Of a DNA stretch of 20,000 bases, positions 11,005-20,000 are shown in pieces. Source of the DNA: Piedraia hortae CBS 480.64 (taxonomy: Eukaryota); NCBI GenBank assembly GCA_010093745.1, contig MU006022.1, positions 55,478 through 75,477 on the forward strand. The letters run 5' to 3'. Position 1 is the stretch's first letter. Every line of letters starts with the position of its first letter. The notes under the pieces were generated by a model, which saw only the letters and a list, made by a program, of their open reading frames with translations, did no database searches and was not told the origin of the DNA. A program made the position numbers and the translations under genes.

Positions 11005-11014
11005 NNNNNNNNNN

Positions 11015-11109
<95 letters not shown>

Positions 11110-11487
11110 GACCAGGACCGGAACCACGGCCAAGTCCAGGGCCAGGGCAGGAGCAAGCGCAAGCGCAAGGACAAGGGCAAGCGCAAGCGCAAGGGCAAAC
11201 ACGTTAAGAGCCTCCTCTACCTTCCCACGGACCTGATGGACGCCATCGATAACGCAGCCATGCCATACTGTGCACGACGTTCCTCTCGCTACGCAGAGGT
11301 TTTTGCCCGGAATGGCAGCCTTAGCCGTCGGACCCATTCATATACTTCGGCCGCCTACGAAGAAGATACTCTCTTGCCAGCACCAAAAAAGGAATCACCA
11401 AACCCACAGAAAAGGAAGAATCAGGCTTCTGAATTCGACTCGCCCGAGTCGTCTAGTGAAATTCCATTCTTTGCAATGGACGACTAG
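9769..11487 (+). CDS. Tandem CCCH zinc-finger protein, Cps3/Lee1 (makorin-related)-like; exons 9769-9919, 9967-10021, 10092-11487
   Basis: Splicing introns 9920-9966 (GTTTGT..ACTAAT..TAG) and 10022-10091 (GTTCGT..GCTGAT..AAG) yields two C-x7-C-x5-C-x3-H fingers, CKFHYSGNCQAGSVCSFSH and CKFFSKGGCKFGHHCMLRH, preceded by KNTAIVP. A downstream LDAPLP motif is as recalled for fungal Cps3 homologs. The start codon is uncertain and the CDS crosses an N gap. Confidence 0.82.
10744..11199 (+). repeat. Coding hexanucleotide array: core (AACCAG)n at 10909-11109 with degenerate flanks (GACGGG/GATGAG/GACCAG left; GGCCAG/CGCAAG right)
   Basis: 16 perfect AACCAG units at 10909-11004 and 15 at 11020-11109, either side of the gap. 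Encodes poly(Asn-Gln). Confidence 0.97.
11005..11014. other. Assembly gap (10 N) inside the AACCAG array
   Basis: Run of 10 n characters. The true repeat length is unknown. Confidence 0.99.
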
Positions 11488-11718
11488 TAACCGCGCCGGT
11501 ATTTCTATGCCACATATACCATTTTTACACGGAGTCGGGACGGACAAAAGAGCATTGCAAATCCATATCACTTGGGACATGGTCAGCATCATTGCATAGC
11601 GATGGCGTTGGAGTTGGAGCCACAAAAAGTTTATACAACTTTTACACATTAGCATAGCAGACATTAGATAACAGGGCAAGGTTGGGCCTTTGGTCTTTTG
11701 ATCTAGCAGGACTCAAGT

Positions 11719-14700
11719 TCAGCTCTGTCTACTTCTACGCCGCAGACCCCGCTCCTCTTGCTGTAGTTGTTTGGCAAGAACTTGGTCTGCCGTTTCTTGC
11801 GCCTCTGCGGCACCTCCGTTTGAAGCACGGGACTTTTTGCTGGTATTTATGCTAGTGGTAATGTTGGAAGCAGACTCTCGCTTGCGCTTCGTTTGACCTT
11901 TGGATGGAAGAGGGGGAGGCGGCAGCGCTACAGCAACATCGGATAAAGGATTGTCTTGTTGCCGCTTGCTCTCGGGCGATTGCTCCTGCTGCTGATGGTT
12001 GCGCGGCGGCGTATAGAGCGGAAGGCTGGAAATCTGGCCTGCCTTGGGCACCATCTGATCCGGCGGCGGCGTGGGATGACCGTTGTGATCCGCTCTCGCA
12101 GTCTCATAGCTTTCAATCACGTCCCGTAGCCGCTCCCCTACCGTTAGCACCGGCTCAGCAGTTTCAGGACGAACCTCCACAGGTGCACCGTTGCTGACGT
12201 CAGCCTCTTGGCCCTTGCCCGTCATGTCTAGTACTTCGTTGGCAATTTCCTCCAGCGATGGCAGTTTATACGGCTGTTGTTGTTCTTGACGTTGCCGATG
12301 CTGCTGCAGTTGCGAGCTGTCGTCGCGGGAAAGTAAATCGGGGCGTAAGTCGAATTGAGGCCCGTCCAGCGGGCGCTCGGATGGAGGAGCCGAAGCGCCG
12401 GACATCAGCATACCGGCTTGTCCAACTTCGTAGTTGGGAGGCTGCACTCCATCAGAATTGCTGAACGTAAACTGGCTGCCGTCCTCCAATGAGCGCTTCG
12501 GCGCATCTCGTTGGATCGGAATCTCGACAGCCTTGAACGGATCAACGTTGCCGTTTTCGTCGTGTACACATCGTCGCTAACACGTTAGCTCGCTCTGGAC
12601 GACCATGTTTGATACACCTACCTTAGACTTTCGACACTCCAGACAGGCTTTGCTTCTACCGCGCCGAGGCACATCGCCGGAAAAAGGAACGCCGTTCATC
12701 ACCATGGGAATGTTCGCGCTCACGTAGGCATTGGTACCCGGAACCGCGTGGCCACCATTCCTTGGCGCATGGTTTGGCTCAGTCGGCGGCGAGCCGTAGA
12801 GCTCCCCGTTGGAATGGCCCAGCCCTTGGATGATCAGGTCCTTGTGCTTGCACTTGATGCGCCGTTTCCGACATGAGTCGCAGGCCACGCGCCGGGGCCC
12901 CAGAAACGACGTCTTGGGCGTGCTGACGTGTTGTCCAGCTGGATTGACGACGTATACGTTCTGCGGCGCAACAGAGGCGGGCTGCTGCGCTATGCTCGAC
13001 GATCGCGAGCGCGACGTCGGCGAAGGCGGCATCGGCGCCGGTGGCGGAGTGTTCGCAAGACCATTGACGTGCAAGGCATCGCTGTGCTTGGCCCACAGAG
13101 TAAAAGGCTCCTTGCGCTCCAACTCCCGCATGTCGCGCGTTGACAGCTTCCTCGGCTCACCTTCCAGAGCTTCGGGATGGGCCCACGCGGGAGGATCCTC
13201 GTTCCCGCGTTTCCACGCGACCCACATGGCAAAAGTCTTGGCAATCTCCACCGGTTCGCCGCGACCTTTGGGCACGCTGGCGTTGACGCGCCGAGCCTGG
13301 TCTGCCGTCGTTCCCTCCAGCTGGCCCCTTGTGATGAGGACTGTACGGAAGATGAAGCTGACAAGGTCGGGCAGGCCGTCCAGCTCTGCTTGCGAGTAGT
13401 AGCGGGCGTTGTGGGTGCCGGAGCTGCCATCGTCCTCGGTCTCGTCAAAGTCTTGCCAAATGGGTTTCGCCCGGCGAAACTGCCGTCCTTCGTGGAATTG
13501 CCGACTGACTTCGGCTGGTAGCGGATCGCTCTGTAGGTAATCTAACACAGCGTACCACATGACGCGCTGGAAGTGTGGATATCGAAACTTCATGGGCGTC
13601 TGGTTAGCCTTTTCAATCTCTGCCACCTTGAACTGATTTTTGTAGCTCATGCGTGTGAGGAAATTGCCGCCAATGACCAAGCTCGTTGCCGGCGTCCAAA
13701 CGGCGTGGATCCAGCCAGAGGGAATGAGCATGGTGTCGCCCTCGCTCAAATCCACCCGATAGCACTCCTTTGTCACGCTGGGCAGAAAGGTGTGGTTTTG
13801 CTCGTGGCTATCGTTCCACTCCTCGTATGCCTTGAGATGTTTCGGCTTCGGTGGGATGAAGAAGAATGTCTTCCTTCCGCGAAGGATGTGATAGTAGACG
13901 CTGCTTCCACCGAAGTCAATGTGAAAGTCAGTGTAGCTATCGGCCGCCGACATTAGGCAGTAAAACTGTACCTTTGGCCATTTCCCCTTTTCTCTTTCGG
14001 CCTGGGGCCAAACGGCATCTTGTAAGTCGATATCTCGGACGACCTTTGGACGTTGAAGGAGGCGTCCTAGCTTCGAGTGCGATACCTCGAGGCTAATAAC
14101 ATTACGAATAATCTTATCCTCGCCTTCGTCCTCATAGTAGTCTGCCCATCGACTCAAGTTCCACCTGGGACCCCCTGAGTTTTGTGTCTTCACATCAATG
14201 ACATTGAGAGGCGTTTCTGGACCAACCAGATTGCTGACTTGACGCACCGTCAGCCCTTTGGGCATCACCATGCCCAATCTATCTTGGCCAACGTCCTGTG
14301 TCGTTTCGTACTCATAGTCTTCGGTGCCCAACTCATCCATTATGCCATCATCCGCCTCCTTTGGTCCATCATGGTTACGGTCGTCCGCACATTCATGCCA
14401 AGGCCGGGGATTGAGTTCGGCGGGTATGACAATCGGCTCCAGGAACACGCCGCTCTTTTCGAAGAAGTCGCGTGTCACCATCTCGGGCGCCAGACGTGGG
14501 AAGCTCTCTTGCTCAAACGCATATAAGCTGCCATCTTTGATAGATTGGATGTAGTGATGTTCAGCGCTGTCCTGGCTGGTTTTCAGCACTCCCCGTTGCA
14601 GCTCTGCGTAATCCACCAAAGCGTGGGCTCGACTGCTTTTCCGCACGTAAGTTGTCTTCCCGTGCGTTGGCTCGCAGGCGGAGCAAAAGTATTTGTCGAC

Positions 14701-15885
14701 GTCGCGCACCTGAATGGCCTTTTTGAAACCGGCGCAGTCGATGTGGAACCAGTTATTACAGCCGTTGCACCAGACCCACTCGTCCATGTCACCGCCAGCC
14801 ATCGGCCGGTCTTTCTTATTCGAACAGCCCGCGCAAACGGTGACTGGCTTGTTTTTGGCCTGTCGACCGCCCGGCTTGGGCGGTGCAGCTTCACCCAGGA
14901 GCGGCAACTGTTCATGCAGGTGTTCAGTGTCTCCGTTTTCGAGTGGATAGCCGGCTTCCAAAACGTGGACGGCATCCTTGGGTGGCCCTGGGCCACGCTT
15001 GCCATGTCCACCGCGCTTCACAACCGTTCCCGCAACACCTTTTGTCTTGGCTCTTGGTCGACCTTTACGGCCCCTTGTTGATGTATGCTGGCCCTTTGCA
15101 GGATCATCAATCTGGCCTAAAAAAGAAGTGTCGTGAGATGATTCCTGTTCGGGCTGGATTGCTCTGTTTGGATGGCTAGGCTGCCGGGGTGGAGAGACTT
15201 GCCAAGTTCCGTATCCAGGATTTTGCTGCCGCAGTTCGTGATATTGTTCGCCAGCGTGATGTTGCTGGACCGCTGAGTTCTGACATTGGCTGTGGATGGG
15301 TTCAAATGCCGGTAACAGAGGCTGCGGCGCTGGTCGAGTACCGGGCCAGACCCTGAAAGGATCTTTTGGATAGCTGTTGGCGTGCGGCCGTAATGCCGAA
15401 GGGACTGTAACTGGGCCAGCAGACCAGCCGCCGTTCCGGAAGCCCAGTAGCAATTCGGCTTCTGCCACCCGCTTTTCGTATGATTGTACACCATCGTAGC
15501 TTGTAACCGGCCGTGACACAGATCCATTGGGTTGCTGTGCAGGATAAAACTCGCTTCTAGAGCGTTTGTGCGGCGGCTCACAGCCTCCACGGAAGGTTGG
15601 CGGTAGGTGCTGCGCGGCGCCTGACCCAAGGGCAGCGTCCGCCAGGACAAGGATGGATGAGCGGCGCTGCGGTATAGTGTCATTGCCCAAGCTGAACGCT
15701 CGTGGTTTAGTGGAGTCAACGGACGCTTCGCTGCCAGTGGCCACATGGGGAGGCGCCGATACCAGGGGCTCCTGTATGGTCTTTGGCGACAACGGCTCGA
15801 CGAAAGCGCTAGGCGGCGACGGTGTACGCGGTACCTGCGCTGGAGCGCATGCTGGGGGTTTGAAGCACGGATTGTAGAACGCCAT
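11719..15885 (-). CDS. JHD1: JmjC-domain histone H3K36 demethylase JHD1/JHDM1 (KDM2 family); exons 15885-12622, 12576-11719 (1373 aa)
   Basis: PHD finger (CAGC..WVWCNGCNNWFHIDC..YFCSAC). JmjC with TDFHIDFGGSSVYYH and IPSGWIHAVWTP (HxD...H iron ligands). The 45-nt intron 12621-12577 (GTAGGT..GCTAAC..TAG) restores CLECRKSK|RRCVHDENG and joins ORF 11719-12489. Confidence 0.95.
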
Positions 15886-16115
15886 GCCGGCGCTCGGGCT
15901 GCGCGGAGGTCGGGAGTGTAGCGAGGGCGGGGCTGTCGCGCGGTATGGACAACGGTCGTTGTGGCGCAGTATGCAGCAGTTGGAACAAGATCCGAGGCAG
16001 TTCCGCGTAATTCCGAAGGTGCTAGGGCGCGTGTGCGTTGGGAATCGAACCCAAGTTGGCGACGGCGGGGAGGGCGGTGTGCGAGAGGTGGGGAGGGCCC
16101 CGGCCGCGAGCCAAG

Positions 16116-16135
16116 ATCACGTGTAGAGTCACATG
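16116..16135. promoter_or_regulatory. Two tandem RTCACRTG bHLH (Cbf1/SREBP-type) sites in the divergent JHD1 / SF3B6 promoter
   Basis: ATCACGTG at 16116-16123 and GTCACATG at 16128-16135, within the 344-bp interval between the two start codons. Confidence 0.4.
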
Positions 16136-16229
16136 ATATGCGAGGGGACCCATGCCATAACACCATCACGCCGCAGCGACAAACACTTAACAAGCCGCTC
16201 CCCGTCGAGTCTCTTAACCTACTTCTTGA

Positions 16230-16687
16230 ATGGCCAGCCGTAATAAGACTGCTCCAGAGGTCAACAGAGCCCTCTTTGTAAGTCTGCCGCCGCCTGTCGA
16301 TGCGTCTGACTAACGCTACGTGGCAGGTAAAGAACCTTAGCTACCAGGTTACTCCGGAAGAGCTGTTTGAACTGTTTGGCAAGTTCGGAACCATCAGGTA
16401 CGGCTTGCGGTTAAGCTTTGACCCCCCCGCGCTGACAAGTCGGTAGACAGATCCGCTCTGGCATCTCTGGCAACACAAAGGGAACGGCGTTCGTCGTTTA
16501 CGAAGATGTGATGGATGCGAAAGCCGCCTGCGATAAGCTCAACGGCTTCAACTTTCAGAATCGCTACCTAGTTGTCCTCTACCACCAGCCCGAAAAGATG
16601 GCCAAGGCGACAAACGAACCTGTCAACAACTTGGCAGAGCGCCGCGAAAACTTAGAAAAGCTTAAGCAAGAACACGGAATCGATTAG
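16230..16687 (+). CDS. SF3B6: Pre-mRNA branch-site protein p14 (SF3b14a), single RRM; exons 16230-16277, 16327-16397, 16447-16687 (119 aa)
   Basis: Not in the ORF track. Two 49-nt introns (GTAAGT..GACTAAC..CAG; GTACGG..GCTGAC..TAG) give [87 protein letters not shown]..., the highly conserved p14 sequence. Confidence 0.96.
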
Positions 16688-17118
16688 CGGCGCGCTCAAG
16701 AAGCTGTGGCAGACGGTGAGGGTCAGCCGCCAGCTTCCAGCGCAGGCAACATTGGGAATGGTGTGGACCGCGGCAACAGCGTGGCTGCAGATGACTATTC
16801 TGCACCGCGCACGCGTGACTTTGCTATGAACACGAACGACAAGACTTCCAAGGCTCACAAGACTGTTGAAGTGATTGGGCTCGGCCTCAAGGGTGCATCT
16901 TTCTTTAAGCGCGGCTTCAAACGCGAGGCGTCAAGCCGCGGCATCTGCGCATAGATAGGCCATATTTTCTTAACGAGTTTCCTTCGTCCTATACCAGATA
17001 TAAAATCTAGCATCCATGCATACCGTCTTTGTTGGTCAACTGTGTCACAACATGCCATGCCAGGGTGGGGCCGGGCGGGACGTCAACAGTCTCTCCACAC
17101 GTGAATGCTCCATCCAAC

Positions 17119-18463
17119 ATGGCAGAAGTCGCTGCGGGATTGTGGGCGGCCGAAGAAGCCGTGTCGACGACGGTGCAGCTGGGCATTGGCGCATACTTTT
17201 TGTCCAAGCCCACGCAGCCACTAAAGGCCGTGTTCCTACAGATAGCCACGTCCGAGGATGACGAGACACGGTAAGTTGCCGGTTGTGCGATGAAGCGTTT
17301 ATGCTAACAGCCCAAGGAACTCACTATGTCGTTCAGACCACACGCTCACCGTAATTGATAACAGGGCTTATATCTTTGGCGGCCAAACGGCTACCGAAAA
17401 GCTGGCAAGTGCTGAGATGCATGCCGTCACTCTAATGTCCAAGGATGCGCCGCAGCCGGACTACTCGGTGATCCCCGCCATTCCGGCCAAGGAAGGAGGT
17501 AAGCTGCCGTCTCCCAGACGTAAGCATGCCGCCTGCGCCTTCAACGGCTGCGTTGCCGTGTTTGGCGGCCTCGACGAGGATGGCAAGGTGATTGACGAAG
17601 GACACGGAATATGGCTCTTCAATGGAACCAAGTCAGCCTGGGAGACGGTTGAGCCAGCCGACGACCCAAAGCATGGTCCTGTACCGCGGAGCAGCGCCAC
17701 ACTCCTGCACCACCAAAGCGGCATGATCCTCTGCGGCGGGCAAGATGCCAGCGGCGCAGGCTTGAAGGACGTCTGGCTCTTTGACTACGTGGTTCGTGCT
17801 TGGAGCCGCCTGCCCGATGCGCCAGTGGTTCACACCAATGCGTCGGTGTCTAGCGGCGTGCTCCATGTCATTTCCAGCGTAGACAACATGAGCGGGGACT
17901 TGCACATCTTGCAGATCACGCCCAAGGAGGGTGAGGAGCACAAATGGCACACGGTAACCTTTCCAACAAACCCTCTGACCCCAGGTCCTCGTCCCAGAGC
18001 GGGTGCCGGTCTGCTACCCGTAACAACAGGATACGGAAGGCACTATCTTCTTTACATACTGGGCGCTCGCCAGGATGCTTCGTCGCCCGTCGAAGCTCAA
18101 ACGGAACCGCCAGAAGTGCACCCCGAGAGCGCTGAAGAGCCGAAATACTGGAGCGACGTGTGGACATACCAGTTACCGTCCAGCCAAGTCAAGCCTACCA
18201 GCATAACAGACTCATTCAAACCGGCCAAGATCAAAGACTCGATCCGCAGTGCGCTGGGCTACGACAGCGGGCAGCACAGCTGGGCAGAGGTTGAAGTCCT
18301 CCCGCCGACCGACATGCAACTTGGTGCAGGCAAAGTGCATCCCGGCCCACGGGGCTTTTTTGGCTGCGACGTTATGGCCGATGGCCAGAGCGTCGTTATC
18401 TGGGGCGGCGTAAATGCAAAGGGGGAGAAGGAAGGAGACGGATGGATCATCAAAATAGAGTGA
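17119..18463 (+). CDS. Kelch-repeat beta-propeller protein; exons 17119-17270, 17317-18463 (~432 aa)
   Basis: Intron 17271-17316 (GTAAGT..GCTAAC..AAG; an in-frame CAG at 17310 is an alternative acceptor). Kelch repeats RSDHTLTVIDNRAYIFGG, PRRKHAACAFNGCVAVFGG, PRSSATL..MILCGG and PRGFF..VVIWGG. Confidence 0.88.
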
Positions 18464-18540
18464 CGCTGATATCCAACCGTCGTGATGCCTTTGATGCTCT
18501 ACTAAACGCTCTAAGCTTTTTTTTCTATCCATCACTTACG

Positions 18541-19521
18541 TTAGGCAATTAATTGTCTGATGCAGTCTCCAACGCCCTCGGGTGTGGGTGTGGCAGCACA
18601 AGCATCGGGTGTGAAGCCAAAGTTTCCTTTTAAATGATCCCGTGTCGAAGGCCCAATGGCGACAATGTACGTCTTTACAGCAGCCATCGACCTTTCTCTC
18701 AGGGCCTGGTCAAATTTTTCCGATTCTCCATCCAACCAGCCAAGGGCACGCAGCATGGCCCTGCAACCCTGAGGAGAGAAGACAACTACAACTTGAGATT
18801 TAACATCTGCTTCGTTTGCTTCATCAAGCACGTCTTCGAACCGCTCACTAAATTCTTCCGACTCTTGTGTCTCGTAGACCACAAGCTCGGTCACCGGTAC
18901 ATTATTCTCGCCCAACGTGACGGGAATGATATCCCTTCTCTGCTCGCCCACCAGGAATAGCAACGGGAGCACCTTGCCATCCAGAATAGTGACTTCTGTA
19001 TCCAAGCCTTTCCTATGCTCCAAGATGAACTTTGCCAGGTTTTTTCCATCTCCACTCTCTTCACCCAGCACCTTACACGGTAAGTTTAGAGAACGCACAC
19101 ACCTCGCCGTTGCTGGCCCAACAACATAAATGGGCAATTCGGCGTCGAAAAAGGCTCCAGTTTTGTCTGGATCCAATCGCAGGAGAAGAATTGCGAATGC
19201 ATCCACGGCGCGTTGCGATGTGAAGATGAGCCCGCTGTACTTTCTCGCTGGATTGTTTGTTGCAAGCCGTTGCGCGGCTGGATCGGCTTCGCTGCCGCCT
19301 GCTAGTGCGAACCGCTCCACTAACAATCGCAAAGTGCGCAGGGCGTTTGTGCGGAAGATGTGTTCAAGGACGGGGAGAAATCGGGGAGCATAATGTCTAT
19401 TCTGGGAGGTGAGATGCTCCGCATAAGCATCGCTAGGCGAAGATGGTGTTTTGAGGAGATATATCGGCACCTTTGAGGAGTCCAGGCGGAGATCTTGGAT
19501 GTTCTCGGTTAGTTCTTCCAT
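18541..19521 (-). CDS. HEM4: Uroporphyrinogen-III synthase (326 aa)
   Basis: Motifs IYLLKTPSSPSDAY, YSGLIFTSQRAVDAF, IYVVGPATA, LLFLVGEQRRDIIP, VVYET, VVVFSPQG, AIGPST and PTPEG, typical of fungal Hem4. Confidence 0.93.
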   Translation of the reverse strand: MEELTENIQDLRLDSSKVPIYLLKTPSSPSDAYAEHLTSQNRHYAPRFLPVLEHIFRTNALRTLRLLVERFALAGGSEADPAAQRLATNNPARKYSGLIFTSQRAVDAFAILLLRLDPDKTGAFFDAELPIYVVGPATARCVRSLNLPCKVLGEESGDGKNLAKFILEHRKGLDTEVTILDGKVLPLLFLVGEQRRDIIPVTLGENNVPVTELVVYETQESEEFSERFEDVLDEANEADVKSQVVVVFSPQGCRAMLRALGWLDGESEKFDQALRERSMAAVKTYIVAIGPSTRDHLKGNFGFTPDACAATPTPEGVGDCIRQLIA

Positions 19522-19846
19522 CTTCCTGTGACACCTTCCACCCTGGGGAGCTACTGTTGAGACGGGAAATCCCAGCTGATGGTGCCTTGAATCTGGTAAT
19601 AATCAAATCCCGTTGCGATACCCTATCTTAGGCTATGTGTACTTTGAATTGCTCGCTGTGTAGTTCCGCAGTGAAATTATCTGTGTGTGCAAAAAGAGCC
19701 CATGTGGGTCTTGGCGACACCTTGTTGTGAATATGCGGTATATTACGCGCATTATTAGTAACCGTCGCTCGGCTCTCGACTTCACGCGTCAACTAGTTTT
19801 CCGTAGAGATTTGTATGCAGGTACACATCTGCTCACAATTATAATA

Positions 19847-19860
19847 GGTTATGAGCCCGG
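19847..19860 (+). other. Primer-binding site complementary to the anticodon stem-loop (5' half) of initiator tRNA-Met
   Basis: GGTTATGAGCCCGG is the reverse complement of CCGGGCUCAUAACC. GGGCUCAUAACC is the conserved fungal tRNA-iMet anticodon arm used by Ty5/copia-type elements. Confidence 0.75.
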
Positions 19861-19924
19861 GCTCTACCGCTAACAAGCGCTATTCAAATTGAGTCTCGAA
19901 GCGAAAGCGGAGCTTCCAGAGACC

Positions 19925-20000
19925 ATGAGCTACGAAAGAAAAAGAGCTGTCATTCTCAAGGCTGGAACGCCATTCGAGGCATGGAACGCTGACTTGCAGG
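19925..20000 (+). CDS. Putative Gag N-terminus (MSYERKRAVILKAGTPFEAWNADLQ...), truncated by window end
   Basis: ACCATG start, open to the window edge. The IL-x-x-x-x-x-F-x-x-W pattern resembles copia Gag N-termini, and the position follows the PBS. Only 25 codons are visible. Confidence 0.45.
   Translation, partial: MSYERKRAVILKAGTPFEAWNADLQ

Larger units (their letters stand above)
19723..20000 (+). mobile_element. 5' end of a Ty1/copia (Ty5/Hemivirus-like) LTR retrotransposon: candidate 5' LTR 19723-19846 (alternative left end 19555), PBS, start of gag; continues beyond the window
   Basis: PBS GGTTATGAGCCC immediately follows an LTR-end-like TTATAATA. Upstream TGTTGTGA (19723) is the inverse of TCACAACA, which differs from TTATAATA only by three C>T changes. 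An ATG-initiated open frame starts 65 nt after the PBS. The second LTR and pol are not visible. Confidence 0.65.

Noticed and set aside
10909..11109. AACCAG array as a telomere or CRISPR array
   Set aside because: The unit is not TTAGGG/CCCTAA, it is interstitial and in frame in a CDS, and there are no spacers or cas genes.
10647..11337. Alternative-frame and antisense ORFs encoding poly(WF), poly(VL) and poly(TR)
   Set aside because: These follow automatically from a stop-free hexamer repeat. Only the NQ frame connects to the CCCH protein.
15117..16193. 358-aa minus-strand ORF overlapping the JHD1 5' end
   Set aside because: It is Arg/Pro/Ala-rich shadow-frame sequence in a GC-rich region with no domain, and it starts within the shared promoter.
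19561..19615. TTGAATCTGGTAATAATCA superficially resembling the TPP riboswitch core, plus a short ACGGGA/TCCCGT stem
   Set aside because: The CTGAGA motif and P5 pairing are absent, and it is not in a thiamine gene intron.
1..20000. Whole window as a functional gene cluster (biosynthetic, defence or splicing)
   Set aside because: The genes are functionally unrelated housekeeping and hypothetical loci. There is no backbone enzyme, transporter or pathway regulator, and two splicing-related genes 11 kb apart is compatible with chance.

Overview
Gene-dense, intron-containing ascomycete genomic DNA. The GT..AG introns have CTRAY-type branch points and most are 45-49 nt; the compact layout suggests a small Pezizomycotina genome (inference). 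I reconstructed 11 protein-coding genes by hand-splicing. In order they are: CNS1/TTC4 co-chaperone; an intronless, bacterial-like YgjR/IolU-type Gfo/Idh/MocA oxidoreductase; a conserved hypothetical; a probable Hep_59/C9orf78/Tls1-like protein; a low-complexity orphan; a secreted Ser/Thr-rich protein; a tandem-CCCH Cps3/Lee1-like protein with a large coding (AACCAG)n expansion across an assembly gap; JHD1; SF3B6/p14 (absent from the ORF track); a kelch protein; and HEM4. The last ~280-450 bp look like the 5' end of a Ty1/copia (Ty5-like, half-tRNA-primed) LTR retrotransposon just upstream of HEM4. The best leads are the acidic/(NQ)n/basic hexamer expansion in the CCCH protein, the retroelement end, and the possible horizontally acquired oxidoreductase. 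I see no convincing novel multi-gene system. All family assignments come from recalled motifs, not searches.
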